A stretch of 64,000 nucleotides of DNA from Thaumarchaeota archaeon UBA164 (GTDB lineage Archaea; Thermoproteota; Nitrososphaeria; Conexivisphaerales; UBA164). Positions 39,515-50,650 of this stretch are shown here, piece by piece. Each line of letters begins with the position of its first letter. Positions within the stretch are counted from its first letter, which is position 1. Below the pieces are notes generated by a model. It ran no database searches. It saw only the letters and a program-made list of their open reading frames with translations, and had not been told where the DNA came from. The translations under genes and the position numbers were made by a program. The stretch spans positions 201,302 through 265,301 of the forward strand of contig DAJU01000010.1 in the NCBI GenBank assembly GCA_002499005.1. Direction: 5' to 3'.

Positions 39515-40561
39515 TTGACAAAGGTCCAACTCGTAAACATAAACAAAAGCTATGGCAAGCTTGAGGTCCTCAAAAACATAAACCTTACAATAGAGGACAG
39601 GGAGCTTTTTGTCGTTATAGGGCCCAGCGGCTCTGGAAAATCAACCCTCCTAAGAATTATAGCCGGCCTTGAGTATCCGGATTCAGGAAAAGTCCTTTTT
39701 GATGGGGTTGATGTGACCTCCATACCTGCAAATAGGCGCGGGATAGGCATGATCTTCCAAGACTATGCAGTATGGCCTCATATGAGCGTTGAGGACAACG
39801 TCAAGTTTGTCGTAAAGGATAGAGATCCCGATAAGGTTGTGTCAGAGGTCCTTGAGACCGTTGGCCTTCTTCACAAACGCAAAAACATGCCATCCCAGCT
39901 TTCAGGGGGAGAGCTTCAGAGGGTGGCAATAGCAAGGGCCCTAGCCGTCAACCCAAGGATATTGCTGCTTGATGAGCCTCTGAGCAACCTTGACGAGAAG
40001 ATTAGAAAGGAGCTGGTGGTTGAGTTGGTTGACATAATAAAGGAAAATAAGCTTACCGCTATATTTGTGACTCATTCGCAGGAGGAGGCCTTTGAGATTG
40101 GCGACAGGATAGCAGTAATAAATAAGGGAGCCATAGAGCAAGTTGGGAACTCTTCAGACCTAATTGAGAATCCAAGCACTGCATTCGTTGCATCTTTTAT
40201 AGGCGACAATCTAGTCCTTAACGGCAGCATAAAACAGGTTGAGGGGAGTAGCTATCGCATAACGTTTGAGGAATTTGGGGAGCTTACCATAGACCCAAAG
40301 AACCAAGTGAGCCTGAGCCCCGGTGATCGTGTTATTTTCATCTACAGAAAGGATAAGCTGCTCGTGTCAGGGGAGCCAAGCGGGGAGGGATGGGTTGAGT
40401 GCAAACTTATTGAGAAAAAGAATGTTGGGTACCTAGTTAAATATTACATTGAGGCACCAAACAACATAAGGCTTGCCGTTGCAGCCCAGAATGACCAGCC
40501 CCTTCAGAACAGGGTTTTCGTGAAGTTTGCCCCTAAAAGCGGCTACCTCTATAAGGCTTAA
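39515..40561 (+). CDS. ABC transporter ATP-binding protein (PotA/FbpC-like, TOBE C-terminus)
   Basis: GPSGSGKS, FQDYAVWPHM, LSGGE, LLLDEPLSNLD, VTHSQEEA. Confidence 0.92.
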   Translation: MTKVQLVNINKSYGKLEVLKNINLTIEDRELFVVIGPSGSGKSTLLRIIAGLEYPDSGKVLFDGVDVTSIPANRRGIGMIFQDYAVWPHMSVEDNVKFVVKDRDPDKVVSEVLETVGLLHKRKNMPSQLSGGELQRVAIARALAVNPRILLLDEPLSNLDEKIRKELVVELVDIIKENKLTAIFVTHSQEEAFEIGDRIAVINKGAIEQVGNSSDLIENPSTAFVASFIGDNLVLNGSIKQVEGSSYRITFEEFGELTIDPKNQVSLSPGDRVIFIYRKDKLLVSGEPSGEGWVECKLIEKKNVGYLVKYYIEAPNNIRLAVAAQNDQPLQNRVFVKFAPKSGYLYKA

Positions 40562-40574
40562 AAATTATTATTTA

Positions 40575-42224
40575 TTAAATGAATAGAACTTCGTGGAATG
40601 TTTTGCCCCTTCTGTAGTACAGGTATGCCATGATTGGCGCATCTATCGCCAGTATTATGAATCCCATCGCTGATCCCACAAATATCTCCCCTGTTGAAAC
40701 GAATTCATACGCGCCAAGCACAAGCGTTGACCAACCGGTAGGCAATAGCATTATAGTTGTCCCGTAGTCTATCATCGATCTGATGAATACAAGCAGAAAT
40801 CCCTCTATCACGCCTGGTGTTATAAGGGGCAGGGTGATCTTTCTGAGCGTTGAAACGTTGTCCTTGCCCATTATGTTTGCGGCATAAAACAGGTTATTTG
40901 AAATTGAGCCGACCGAGATCTCCATGGCCCTTGAGGAGTACCCTATCCTGCCAAACGTATATCCGAGTATAAGTGCTAGGGGCGTTGCGCTTATCATAAA
41001 AGATGTTACCGGGTTGGAAAACGTGGTCAGGTATGCCATCCCTATCATCACAGGTGAAAGCGAGAATATTATCATTGTTATCGCATCTATGTACCTCTTG
41101 CCCTTTATGAGCCCTATCTTAACGTAGTAAGTCGAAATGAAGGAGATTATTATCGCGAATATTGATGCGCTTACGGAAAGCCCAACGCTTGTAAACGCCG
41201 CCCTAGGATAAAGTGAGAACACCGTGGCAAAATTATTTAACGTAAACGCCGTTGGTATTAGGGTGCCGGGCCAGCGGCTTGCAAACGCCGCAAGACCTAA
41301 AACCACTATTTCGACTATCGGCAAAAGCGATATTATCAGCGTGTAAAGGAAGAGAACCGCTATCACCAACCTGTTCCTGACAGGCCTTATGTGAAAGCCC
41401 TTCCCTCCTATGGTTGAGAACACTATCTTCTTTTCATACATTACATATGCTATTATTACAACAGTGTTTATTATGAGCAGAACTGTAAGGAGCGCCGTTG
41501 CGGCTCCCCAGTTGTAGAACGCGAAGAGTTGCACGTAGGCGTATTCAGTTACTATAGGAAACGTTGGTGGCGCAAGAAGAAGCGGGACGGAAAGGGTTCC
41601 CGTTGAGAGCAAAAACACTATAACCCAGCCATTTATGAAGCCAGGCATAAGAAGCGGCAGGAGAACCCTAAAGAACGTCTTGACCCTTGAAACCCCGTTT
41701 GCATAAGCTGCCTCTAAAAGTCTATAATCGACGTTATCAAACGCAAGTGTTACGTACATCACCATAAAGGGCAGATCGGCAAGTGTTAGAACTATCAGCA
41801 GCCCTTGGAACGAGTATATTGAAAACCCCAAGATTTTAACTACGGTTGAAAGCGTTATGAGGACAAAGGCAACTAGGAATCCAGGTATCGCTATCCCAAG
41901 CCCCAGAAGCGTCCTCATCAGACCCTTAAGCGGTATTGGTGTCCTTGAAAATGCGTATGCGGCTGGAAGCGAAAGGACAAACGTCGTTGCAACAACCGCA
42001 GCGCTAAGCATCACCGTGTCCTTTATGCTTGTAATGAACTCATAACTTGTAAAGACTTCAAGGAAGTAATGGAGCGTAAGACTGAGATGCCCCAGGCTAA
42101 ATATGCTGGATGGAACGCCGCTTACAGCGGTCAAGACCAGCATTAACAGTGGAAATACCGAAAAGACTGTGAGAAAAACCAAAAAAATAGCGGTAATTGT
42201 TATGCTTAAGGACTTTGTTGTCAT
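40575..42224 (-). CDS. ABC transporter fused permease (FbpB/ThiP-like)
   Basis: ~12 TM with two EAA-like loops (LLEAAYANG; LFYAANIMG). Confidence 0.88.
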   Translation of the reverse strand: MTTKSLSITITAIFLVFLTVFSVFPLLMLVLTAVSGVPSSIFSLGHLSLTLHYFLEVFTSYEFITSIKDTVMLSAAVVATTFVLSLPAAYAFSRTPIPLKGLMRTLLGLGIAIPGFLVAFVLITLSTVVKILGFSIYSFQGLLIVLTLADLPFMVMYVTLAFDNVDYRLLEAAYANGVSRVKTFFRVLLPLLMPGFINGWVIVFLLSTGTLSVPLLLAPPTFPIVTEYAYVQLFAFYNWGAATALLTVLLIINTVVIIAYVMYEKKIVFSTIGGKGFHIRPVRNRLVIAVLFLYTLIISLLPIVEIVVLGLAAFASRWPGTLIPTAFTLNNFATVFSLYPRAAFTSVGLSVSASIFAIIISFISTYYVKIGLIKGKRYIDAITMIIFSLSPVMIGMAYLTTFSNPVTSFMISATPLALILGYTFGRIGYSSRAMEISVGSISNNLFYAANIMGKDNVSTLRKITLPLITPGVIEGFLLVFIRSMIDYGTTIMLLPTGWSTLVLGAYEFVSTGEIFVGSAMGFIILAIDAPIMAYLYYRRGKTFHEVLFI

Positions 42225-43612
42225 AGCCGTCTTAGTAGCTTTGTCTTGCTGAGTATATATATTATTCCGCCCATAAGCGCCGCGGCCGCTAAGCTAAGCG
42301 GAAGCACCATTGTTGAGAAGATCGTGTTTAGTGGCTGGACAATTGAGAAGAAAGTTGATGTAACGCTTGCTGAGAGGAGCCAGCCTATCAGCTGTAGCGT
42401 TACTGATTCATGCGAAGGCAGCCCAACATAGAAGAACGTGGATGCGCTGTGGCTTGGCTTAAACGTAGCCATTGACTCAGAGACTGGGTAGACATTCATA
42501 AGGCTTGCGCTTGAGCTCACAGTTGATGAGTAGTTGTTAAACACTGAGTCTATGTAGTTTGAGTACTGAACGGTAAAAGACTGGTTGTACTGGAATGCCA
42601 ACTGCTCCTCCTCCTGTAGCGTTGGGAAGTACTCGGGTGGTGTTATGTTATTGTACATTATCGCTGGCTTGAGGAAGACTTTCGGTATCAGCGACTGTCC
42701 CTGGTAGGAGAACACCCAGTTTATGTAAGTCTCTGCCGCCTTCAGGTGAGGTGCACCGTTTACGATTCCCATGGCCGTCGGCCCAAGTATGTTGTCTGGA
42801 ACGACTATCGCCTCAAGCGGGTACCCGTTAAGCTCCTTGTAGAGCGGAGCTGCATTTATCCAGTCTATTGTTATTCCGCCTGTGCCCTGTCCTATCACGG
42901 TCTCCGCGTCCTCATCGTCAGCTGTTATTGGCGGTATTACGTTTTTGAAGAAGTTCTTGACGTAGTTCTGGAAATAGACCTCGCCCTGTTGCACGCCGTA
43001 CTGAGATATGTACATCTGAAGTATCAGTGAGAAGAATCCAAGGCCGGTAGTTGTTGAAGTTGATGGGTTTTCAATTATTATATGGCCCTTATAAACTGGA
43101 TTAAGGAGCGCGGACCAGTTCTCCGGCGTTGGGAGGTTGTACTCCTGCTGAACCTTTGTGTTAATTATTATGCCTAGTATGTTATAGGTGAATGAATACC
43201 ATGTCCAGTCCGGTGCATAGAACGCCTTCTCAGCTAGATAGGTTGGGTCGCTCTGTGTTGCCGGTGGCTTATATGACATAAGCACGCCCTGCTGATCAGC
43301 CCCTATGTATGCCGAGGGGGCACCGCCAAATAGGACGTCCGCCACAGGGCTTGACTTTGATGCCACCAGCTTTCCAACAAGCTCACCCATTGAAGCGTAT
43401 AGAGGTACCACCTTTATCCCTGTGTCTGCAGTAAAGTTATTGAAATATGGCTGCGCTACGTTTGCGCTGTAGTCAGCATATATTACAACGACCTTCTGGG
43501 CAGCCTGCTGTTGCTGATAATAATAGTAGTAGTAGCCCCCGCCTATGGCAACTACAAGAATCACGATTATTATTGCTGCTATTGCCATCCTAGAGATCCC
43601 ATTGTTTTTCAT
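42221..43612 (-). CDS. ABC substrate-binding protein (Fe3+/polyamine/thiamine-type) with a hydrophobic C-terminal extension
   Basis: N-terminal TM, DTGIKV, PVADVLFGG, W..LLNPVYKG..NPSTSTTG, GAPHLKAA; Ser-rich linker plus hydrophobic C-terminus. Confidence 0.85.
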   Translation of the reverse strand: MKNNGISRMAIAAIIIVILVVAIGGGYYYYYYQQQQAAQKVVVIYADYSANVAQPYFNNFTADTGIKVVPLYASMGELVGKLVASKSSPVADVLFGGAPSAYIGADQQGVLMSYKPPATQSDPTYLAEKAFYAPDWTWYSFTYNILGIIINTKVQQEYNLPTPENWSALLNPVYKGHIIIENPSTSTTTGLGFFSLILQMYISQYGVQQGEVYFQNYVKNFFKNVIPPITADDEDAETVIGQGTGGITIDWINAAPLYKELNGYPLEAIVVPDNILGPTAMGIVNGAPHLKAAETYINWVFSYQGQSLIPKVFLKPAIMYNNITPPEYFPTLQEEEQLAFQYNQSFTVQYSNYIDSVFNNYSSTVSSSASLMNVYPVSESMATFKPSHSASTFFYVGLPSHESVTLQLIGWLLSASVTSTFFSIVQPLNTIFSTMVLPLSLAAAALMGGIIYILSKTKLLRRL

Positions 43613-43832
43613 TCAAAAGGAAAAAAGAAGAATCTTCCTTATTAATATTTCTTTTACAAATTACAATTTTTAAACGGAACAAAAGGAACGTACACCTTTC
43701 TGCGCTTCTATGCCCTAATATCTTTAAATCCAGACAATTTAAGGTCTTTTTCTATACATGCAGAAATTTCCCAAAATGACTAACGTAATTCGAGCTATAA
43801 ATCCTTAAATATACTTAAAAAAACTCAAAGTT

Positions 43833-45302
43833 ATGAGTGAAAAGGATAGAAAATTTGAAACAATAAGGCAGCTCAGGAGCATGGTTCCTGACCCTGAGAA
43901 GATGTTAAGGGCCGCGGAGGAGTGGGGCTTTGGACCAAATACAAAGAAGCTGCTAAAGGAGGCTCTTGAGGTGGAAAGCCTAGGTGCAATGGCTTTCTCA
44001 GAATTTGAGGCCCCTTTGATAGTGAGTGGCTCAGGTGAGGGGGCCACGGTTTATGATGCTGACGGAAGGGCCTACATAGATATGATGGCCGGCTTCTCAG
44101 TCAATAACATAGGCTACAAAAACAAAAAGGTTATGGACGCGATAATAAGGCAGTACGAAAGGCTTCCTCAATATGCCGAAATGTTCTCCGAGGAAAGGGT
44201 AAAGCTTGGACAAAAGATAGCACAAGTGACCCCAGGCAACTACAAGAAGAAGGTGTTTTATTCGCTTACCGGAAGTGAGGCCAACGAAATAGCGATAAAG
44301 GTTCTTAGGCTTTACACCGGAAAGCCCTACATGATAACGCAGTACGGCGATTACCATGGAAGGACGATAGGGACTGTGCCCTATACCCACAGCTTTTCGA
44401 CGTGGTTCCAGCAGTACCCCATACCGGCTCTTGACCCAGCCGTTGTAAGGATACCCTTCCCTCATGCCTACAGGTGTCCTTGCGCAAAGAACGTGGAGGA
44501 GGAAAGTGACTGCGCTGACGAATGCCTTCACTACGTTGATTATATGCTGTCAAATTCATATTACGCCATATGCGACTCTGGTAGGGGCATATGCAACGCG
44601 GCGGCCTTCCTTATAGAACCTTTCCAGAGCGCGGCCGGGTATTACATACCCCCCGACAACTGGCTACCTTCGCTCTACAAGCTTGCGAAAGAACATAACA
44701 TACTTTTTGCAGTTGACGAGATACAGAACGGGATGGGCAGGACTGGCAGGTGGTGGGCAATACAACATTACCCAGGGATTGAGCCTGACATGACAATAAT
44801 AGGCAAGGCTCTTGGAGGGGGCCTCCCGTTCCAAGCGACCGTTGGAAGGGCTGAAATCATGGACTGCTGGGGGCCTGGAGCTCATTCGTCTACGTTTGCA
44901 GGGTACTTCGTAGGCGTTGCCGCGGCGCTTGCAACGCTTGAAGTCATGGAGGAGGAAAACCTTCCAGAACAGGTCGCTAAAAAGGGGGAGGTGTTCATAA
45001 AGGGCCTAAATGAACTCAAGGAAAAACACCCAATGATAGGGGAGGTCCAGGGCAAGGGCCTTTATATAGGCATTGAGTTCGTTAAGAACAGGACAACAAA
45101 GGAGCCGGCAACAAAGGAGTCAGCGTGGCTTACGATGAGACTAGTCCAGCTTGGGATGCTTGTCAAGAGGGGGGGCTACTTTAGGAACAGATTTGCGGTC
45201 TCGCCTCCTTTTTCAATAACCAACGAGGAGATCGAAAAGGCCATCGAAGTGCTTGATAAGGGTATAGGCGATGCGGAGAAGGAGTTTAACATAAAGTGGT
45301 AG
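43833..45302 (+). CDS. Class III aminotransferase
   Basis: DADGRAYID, TGSEANE, YHGRT, DEIQNGMGRTG, GKALGGG, HSSTF. Confidence 0.92.
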   Translation: MSEKDRKFETIRQLRSMVPDPEKMLRAAEEWGFGPNTKKLLKEALEVESLGAMAFSEFEAPLIVSGSGEGATVYDADGRAYIDMMAGFSVNNIGYKNKKVMDAIIRQYERLPQYAEMFSEERVKLGQKIAQVTPGNYKKKVFYSLTGSEANEIAIKVLRLYTGKPYMITQYGDYHGRTIGTVPYTHSFSTWFQQYPIPALDPAVVRIPFPHAYRCPCAKNVEEESDCADECLHYVDYMLSNSYYAICDSGRGICNAAAFLIEPFQSAAGYYIPPDNWLPSLYKLAKEHNILFAVDEIQNGMGRTGRWWAIQHYPGIEPDMTIIGKALGGGLPFQATVGRAEIMDCWGPGAHSSTFAGYFVGVAAALATLEVMEEENLPEQVAKKGEVFIKGLNELKEKHPMIGEVQGKGLYIGIEFVKNRTTKEPATKESAWLTMRLVQLGMLVKRGGYFRNRFAVSPPFSITNEEIEKAIEVLDKGIGDAEKEFNIKW

Positions 45303-45309
45303 CGGGCAT

Positions 45310-45465
45310 TACTTGCATGCCAAAACATATCCTTTAGCCCATCATAAAGTTGCAGGTATATCCTATAGTTCTTTCCCATCCACTTAGGCTGATTTGATCT
45401 TACGGTCCCCTGTTATTATCTTATCCACTATAAGCTTTAACGCGTCGCCAACGCTTTCAGATTTA
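45310..45465 (-). pseudogene. C-terminal remnant of a second FGGY kinase paralog
   Basis: SESVGDA..KLIVDKII..KWMGKNYRIYLQLYDGLKDMF aligns with SETVGDA..KLIEDRLL..WIEKNFMIYTQLYERLKDLF of 30187-31632. Confidence 0.7.
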
Positions 45466-45467
45466 TG

Positions 45468-45597
45468 CTGTTGCCCTTGTGCGCTGCTTATGTTTACCTA
45501 TAACCTCATTTCATCAATGAGAACACTCAAACTGCCCATCCGGGGTCCTACCCCGTTGTAGCTTCTTCCTGTACCATTGTCATACCGCAGTTAACTT
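45468..45597. repeat. 130-bp direct repeat, copy 2
   Basis: Matches 36488-36617. Confidence 0.9.
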
Positions 45598-45779
45598 ACC
45601 ATGCCCCAAACGGATCCATGCGGTCATGCTCACTTAACCACCACCAACAAAGCAGTGCAAGAGACCTCGTCAACTCGTGGAAGCTTATAGTACAGGCCCT
45701 GTCCTGATGTCCTATGCCCTGGGTCTGCATTTATGCCCATATTCTTTTTGCTATCTTACAGTCTTATCCAAGCGCACAT

Positions 45780-46362
45780 ACGGTTAACTTGAGCTCACCT
45801 CCATGAGCGAGCCCTAAATGACATATGCGGCCAGCGTCGGCTCAACATAAACGCCTCCAGGGTCAAAGGCGTTGAGCATGAGTATAAAGGCCCCAGGCCA
45901 ACTCCTAATGTGCTCCATTATTCTCTCAATTATGGCCTTTTTCTCGTAAAAGCCGTACACTATGTGGCCCAGCCCAAGCCAGCGGCAGACGTCAGCCGAG
46001 TTTGGCTCCCTGCTCACATGGAACTCATGCACGGCCTTTATCTTTGGGCCACAGGCAACCCATATGGCAGCCTTGCCACTTCTAAGCTATACAAGGCCCC
46101 ATCAACGAAGAGCGCCTTCACGTCTTTCCTGGCAGGCCTTGGAGCAATTCAAAGCATGTTGCCGCGCCTCTGTATTTATTATCGCAACGTAGGGCCTCTT
46201 TACCACTTGAGACAGCAGGCTTGAGGCCTTCCTGAGGCCGAGGGAACGGCATACAGATAACATTGCGTGCAGCATAAGGAGCATGGGGATTTTGCCCTGA
46301 TTTTGAGTTGCTCATGAATTGGGGTAAGGGGCCTCTTAAATTGGTCTTAAGTTAAAAGAGCC
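45780..46362 (-). mobile_element. Degenerate, internally deleted IS6-family element (copy 2)
   Basis: Homologous to 32099-32652 in the same orientation; end reads GGCTCTTTTAACTT on the minus strand (IS6-like terminal repeat). Confidence 0.78.
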
Positions 46363-46421
46363 ACTGTATTGGCCGCAACACTTAATAGCTTGCGTGCTAT
46401 CTTCAGCCCAAGTGATATAAT

Positions 46422-46706
46422 GTGATAGGGAGCGCCACTGACATAATAATTATAATCATAGTTGCGGTTGTGCTCTTTGCCGGCTCGAGCAAGATACCGG
46501 AGATATTCAGAGCCATGGGGAGGGCAAAGGGCGAGTTCAAGAAGGGCGAGATTGAGTCGGAGATGGAGCTTCAGAAGATGACACAACAGCAGGCGTCCGC
46601 GCAGCCAAAGCAGGACGACAAGGAAGCGCAACTTGAAAAGCAGATAGCAGACCTTCAGAAGCAGCTAGAGGAGCTTAAGAAGGAAAAGCAGAACGGAGGG
46701 AATTGA
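46422..46706 (+). CDS. tatA: Twin-arginine translocase TatA
   Basis: N-terminal TM, KIPEIFRAMGRAKGEFKKG amphipathic helix. Confidence 0.9.
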   Translation: MIGSATDIIIIIIVAVVLFAGSSKIPEIFRAMGRAKGEFKKGEIESEMELQKMTQQQASAQPKQDDKEAQLEKQIADLQKQLEELKKEKQNGGN

Positions 46707-47029
46707 TAGGGAGCCTCACCGACACCCTTATTCTTATAGTCGCGGCTATTCTGCTTCTTGGCGGTGAAAAGGACCTATCAGGTGCAATAAGGAACATAGG
46801 CAGGTACTGGCAACAGATGAAGAGGGCTGAAACGGACTTCAGGAAGGAGCTAAACAGGGAGCTTAGCGAAGTTGACATGAACATTGAAGAGCCTCCAAAG
46901 CAGTACTCAAGGCCATCTTACGCGGCCCAGAGGACAGCCGATGAGGCACGGATAAGGGAGCTTGAGATGCAGGTTAAGGAGCTCCAAGAGGAGCTAGAAA
47001 GGCTGAGGAGGGAAAATGGAGCTAAATGA
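46703..47029 (+). CDS. TatA/TatB-family subunit
   Basis: TM followed by amphipathic helix; lies between tatA and tatC. Confidence 0.78.
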   Translation: MIGSLTDTLILIVAAILLLGGEKDLSGAIRNIGRYWQQMKRAETDFRKELNRELSEVDMNIEEPPKQYSRPSYAAQRTADEARIRELEMQVKELQEELERLRRENGAK

Positions 47030-47834
47030 GGAGGAGGAAAAGAGGCCGCTTTTATCGCACATCAACGAGCTCCTCCACAGGGCAAGGACCATTTTAGTTG
47101 CGCTTGCAGTGGCGTTCTTCTTTTTCTTTGCTTTTGGATTTAAGCTGGAAAGAATATATGGCTACACCGTTCCGGTTCCTTATCCCAGCATTTATAACAG
47201 CATTTCAGATTATGCAATCCGGGCATTCATATACAATGAGCTGCCAAAGGGCCTTGTCCTGATCAACATAAACCCGTTTGATCCCCTCTTTGCGTCGTTT
47301 TATGTTTCGTTTTTCCTTTCACTTTTTATTGTTATGCCGCTACTTGTATGGGAAGTGTGGGGCTTTGTGGCTCCTGGGCTGTACAGGCATGAGAAAAAGC
47401 TCATCAAGTACATCGTGGGCCCTGCGTTTGGGCTTTTTGCTGCAGGCTCGGCATTTGCGTATGTCATAATAGTGCCCTTTATGATGAAGTTTGTGCTCAT
47501 TTACACCAGAGCGCTTGGCGTTGAGCCCACGATAAGCCTAAAAGCGTTCATAAACACCGTTGTTTCCCTTACCATGGTTACCGGTGTTGCATTTGAGTAC
47601 CCGCTTGTCATGAGCATGCTCACATATCTTGGCGTTGTAGCCGCAAAGACCTGGAAGAGCGGCTGGCGGTGGGGCGTCCTTGGGGCTTTCATAATAGCCT
47701 GGATAATATCGCCTGGCACTACAGGAGGCGTAATAGAGACAACCATAGGGCTTATACTCTCAGGCCTTTACTTTGTTGGCGTTGCTGTTGCATATGTTAT
47801 AGAAAAACGCCGTAAAGCAGGGAACACAAAATGA
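47016..47834 (+). CDS. tatC: Twin-arginine translocase TatC
   Basis: PLLSHINEL, WGFVAPGLYRHEKK, FEYP. Confidence 0.93.
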   Translation: MELNEEEEKRPLLSHINELLHRARTILVALAVAFFFFFAFGFKLERIYGYTVPVPYPSIYNSISDYAIRAFIYNELPKGLVLININPFDPLFASFYVSFFLSLFIVMPLLVWEVWGFVAPGLYRHEKKLIKYIVGPAFGLFAAGSAFAYVIIVPFMMKFVLIYTRALGVEPTISLKAFINTVVSLTMVTGVAFEYPLVMSMLTYLGVVAAKTWKSGWRWGVLGAFIIAWIISPGTTGGVIETTIGLILSGLYFVGVAVAYVIEKRRKAGNTK

Positions 47835-47918
47835 TAGCGCGGCTAAGGCTTTTTGCCCAGCTTGAGAACGAGGGCTTTGAATACCTTTTTGTTGATAGGG
47901 TTTAAGGAAGAACAGGAC

Positions 47919-48122
47919 ATGCTAAGGAAAGCGATAAAGGTTCCACACATGAACGATGAAGGATCAGCGCTCAGGCAGACCGCTAAGTCAGGGCACGTGG
48001 ATTTGCTAGTAAGCTACTCTATGAATGGCGTTAAACACGCGGATGGCGTTGATGTGGTTAGAATGCCGGAAGATCTTGATGCGCTTCTTGGTTTTATCAA
48101 AAGACGAGTTGTCTCGGCTTGA
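47919..48122 (+). CDS. Small hypothetical protein
   Basis: Plausible 67-aa ORF from ATG 47919; no recognised motif. Confidence 0.35.
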   Translation: MLRKAIKVPHMNDEGSALRQTAKSGHVDLLVSYSMNGVKHADGVDVVRMPEDLDALLGFIKRRVVSA

Positions 48123-49160
48123 GCTGAAGGTTTATTGCTTTATTAAAAGGACGCGCGCCATCATGTGCGGAATTCTGATAAATTTTTCAGCAATACACCG
48201 ACAGTCTCGTTGGAGGACATCAAGTTAGCATTTATTCAAGGCCTTTTATTGCTGTATTTAAAGCGTTAATGCACACACAAAGCTCGGCGCCACTGCGGCA
48301 ACTTGAAGGGCAACCAACGCAAGACGGTTTCACCGCCTAAACTTGTAAGCCATTAAGGCTATCCCTGGGCCCTTTATCCCCTGCATTTTATTTGCTGTAA
48401 TAGCGCATTTTGATAAACCGTACTAACTCCGCGTTCAGACTTATTTACATTAGCTCTTGCTGTCAACGGCCAGGCTTTTCGTTTTGGAACAAAACTGGGC
48501 CGCGCGCACTTAACTGATAATTTGCTGATAACATGTAATTATATTATTTATTATATTTGAACTTAAAGCTGATTGCTTCAATCCGTTTGCTTAAAATTTA
48601 TAAACAATTATTGCCAATTGTTCTTGATGACTTCGCAGCAAAACATGGACTTAGCCACGATTAGAAAGAACTATGTAAGATCCATAACCAAGCTAGTTGC
48701 GCTGATCGTTGTCCTGTTTGTGCTCTCAGCAGCTTTCGCTTATATATTCTTCAAACTGCTGCCATCTATAGGAATAGCGGCAGCAATGTACTATACATAT
48801 GTCAACATAGGAATAACCCTTCTCCTTGGAATACTCATAGTGTTTGCATTTGCTGATGTGATCTACTATTCAATGCGGCTTAAATACGCCCACGATGTTG
48901 CCAGAGCCTTCCGTAATGTGTTCATGATGATAGGGATAGGCGCGCTAATTACCGTAATAGCCGGGCAGGTGGGTGGAGGGCTTGCAGGAGTATCAGTTGG
49001 TGGCTTCCTAGGAATAGTTATAGGCTTTGGAACACAGCAGGTTCTTGGTCAGTCAGTTGCTGGCCTTTTCCTGCTCATTACAAGGCCGTTTAAAATCAAC
49101 GACTACGTTACAATACAGGGAGATACAGGAACCGTTGAGGACGTGGGCATCCTTTTCACG

Positions 49161-50441
<1,281 letters not shown>

Positions 50442-50650
50442 GTGAATAATAAAGGATGACGGCACCAAGGTGCTCATACCCAGCAACGCAATAATAGGCA
50501 ATAAAATATACCTGCCGCCGAGACCTCAGCAGGCTCAGCAAAAATAACCACTTCTGGATATTTTTTATGTTTTCATATGCGCTCATTTAGATAAAGCCGT
50601 TAGCCCAGTTCGCGGTAAGCTTAAAGGCATAAAACTAACATACAGATGCG

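Noticed and set aside
48123-48570. 450-bp intergenic stretch as an ncRNA or gene
   Set aside because: No extended pairing, repeat or convincing ORF was found by eye
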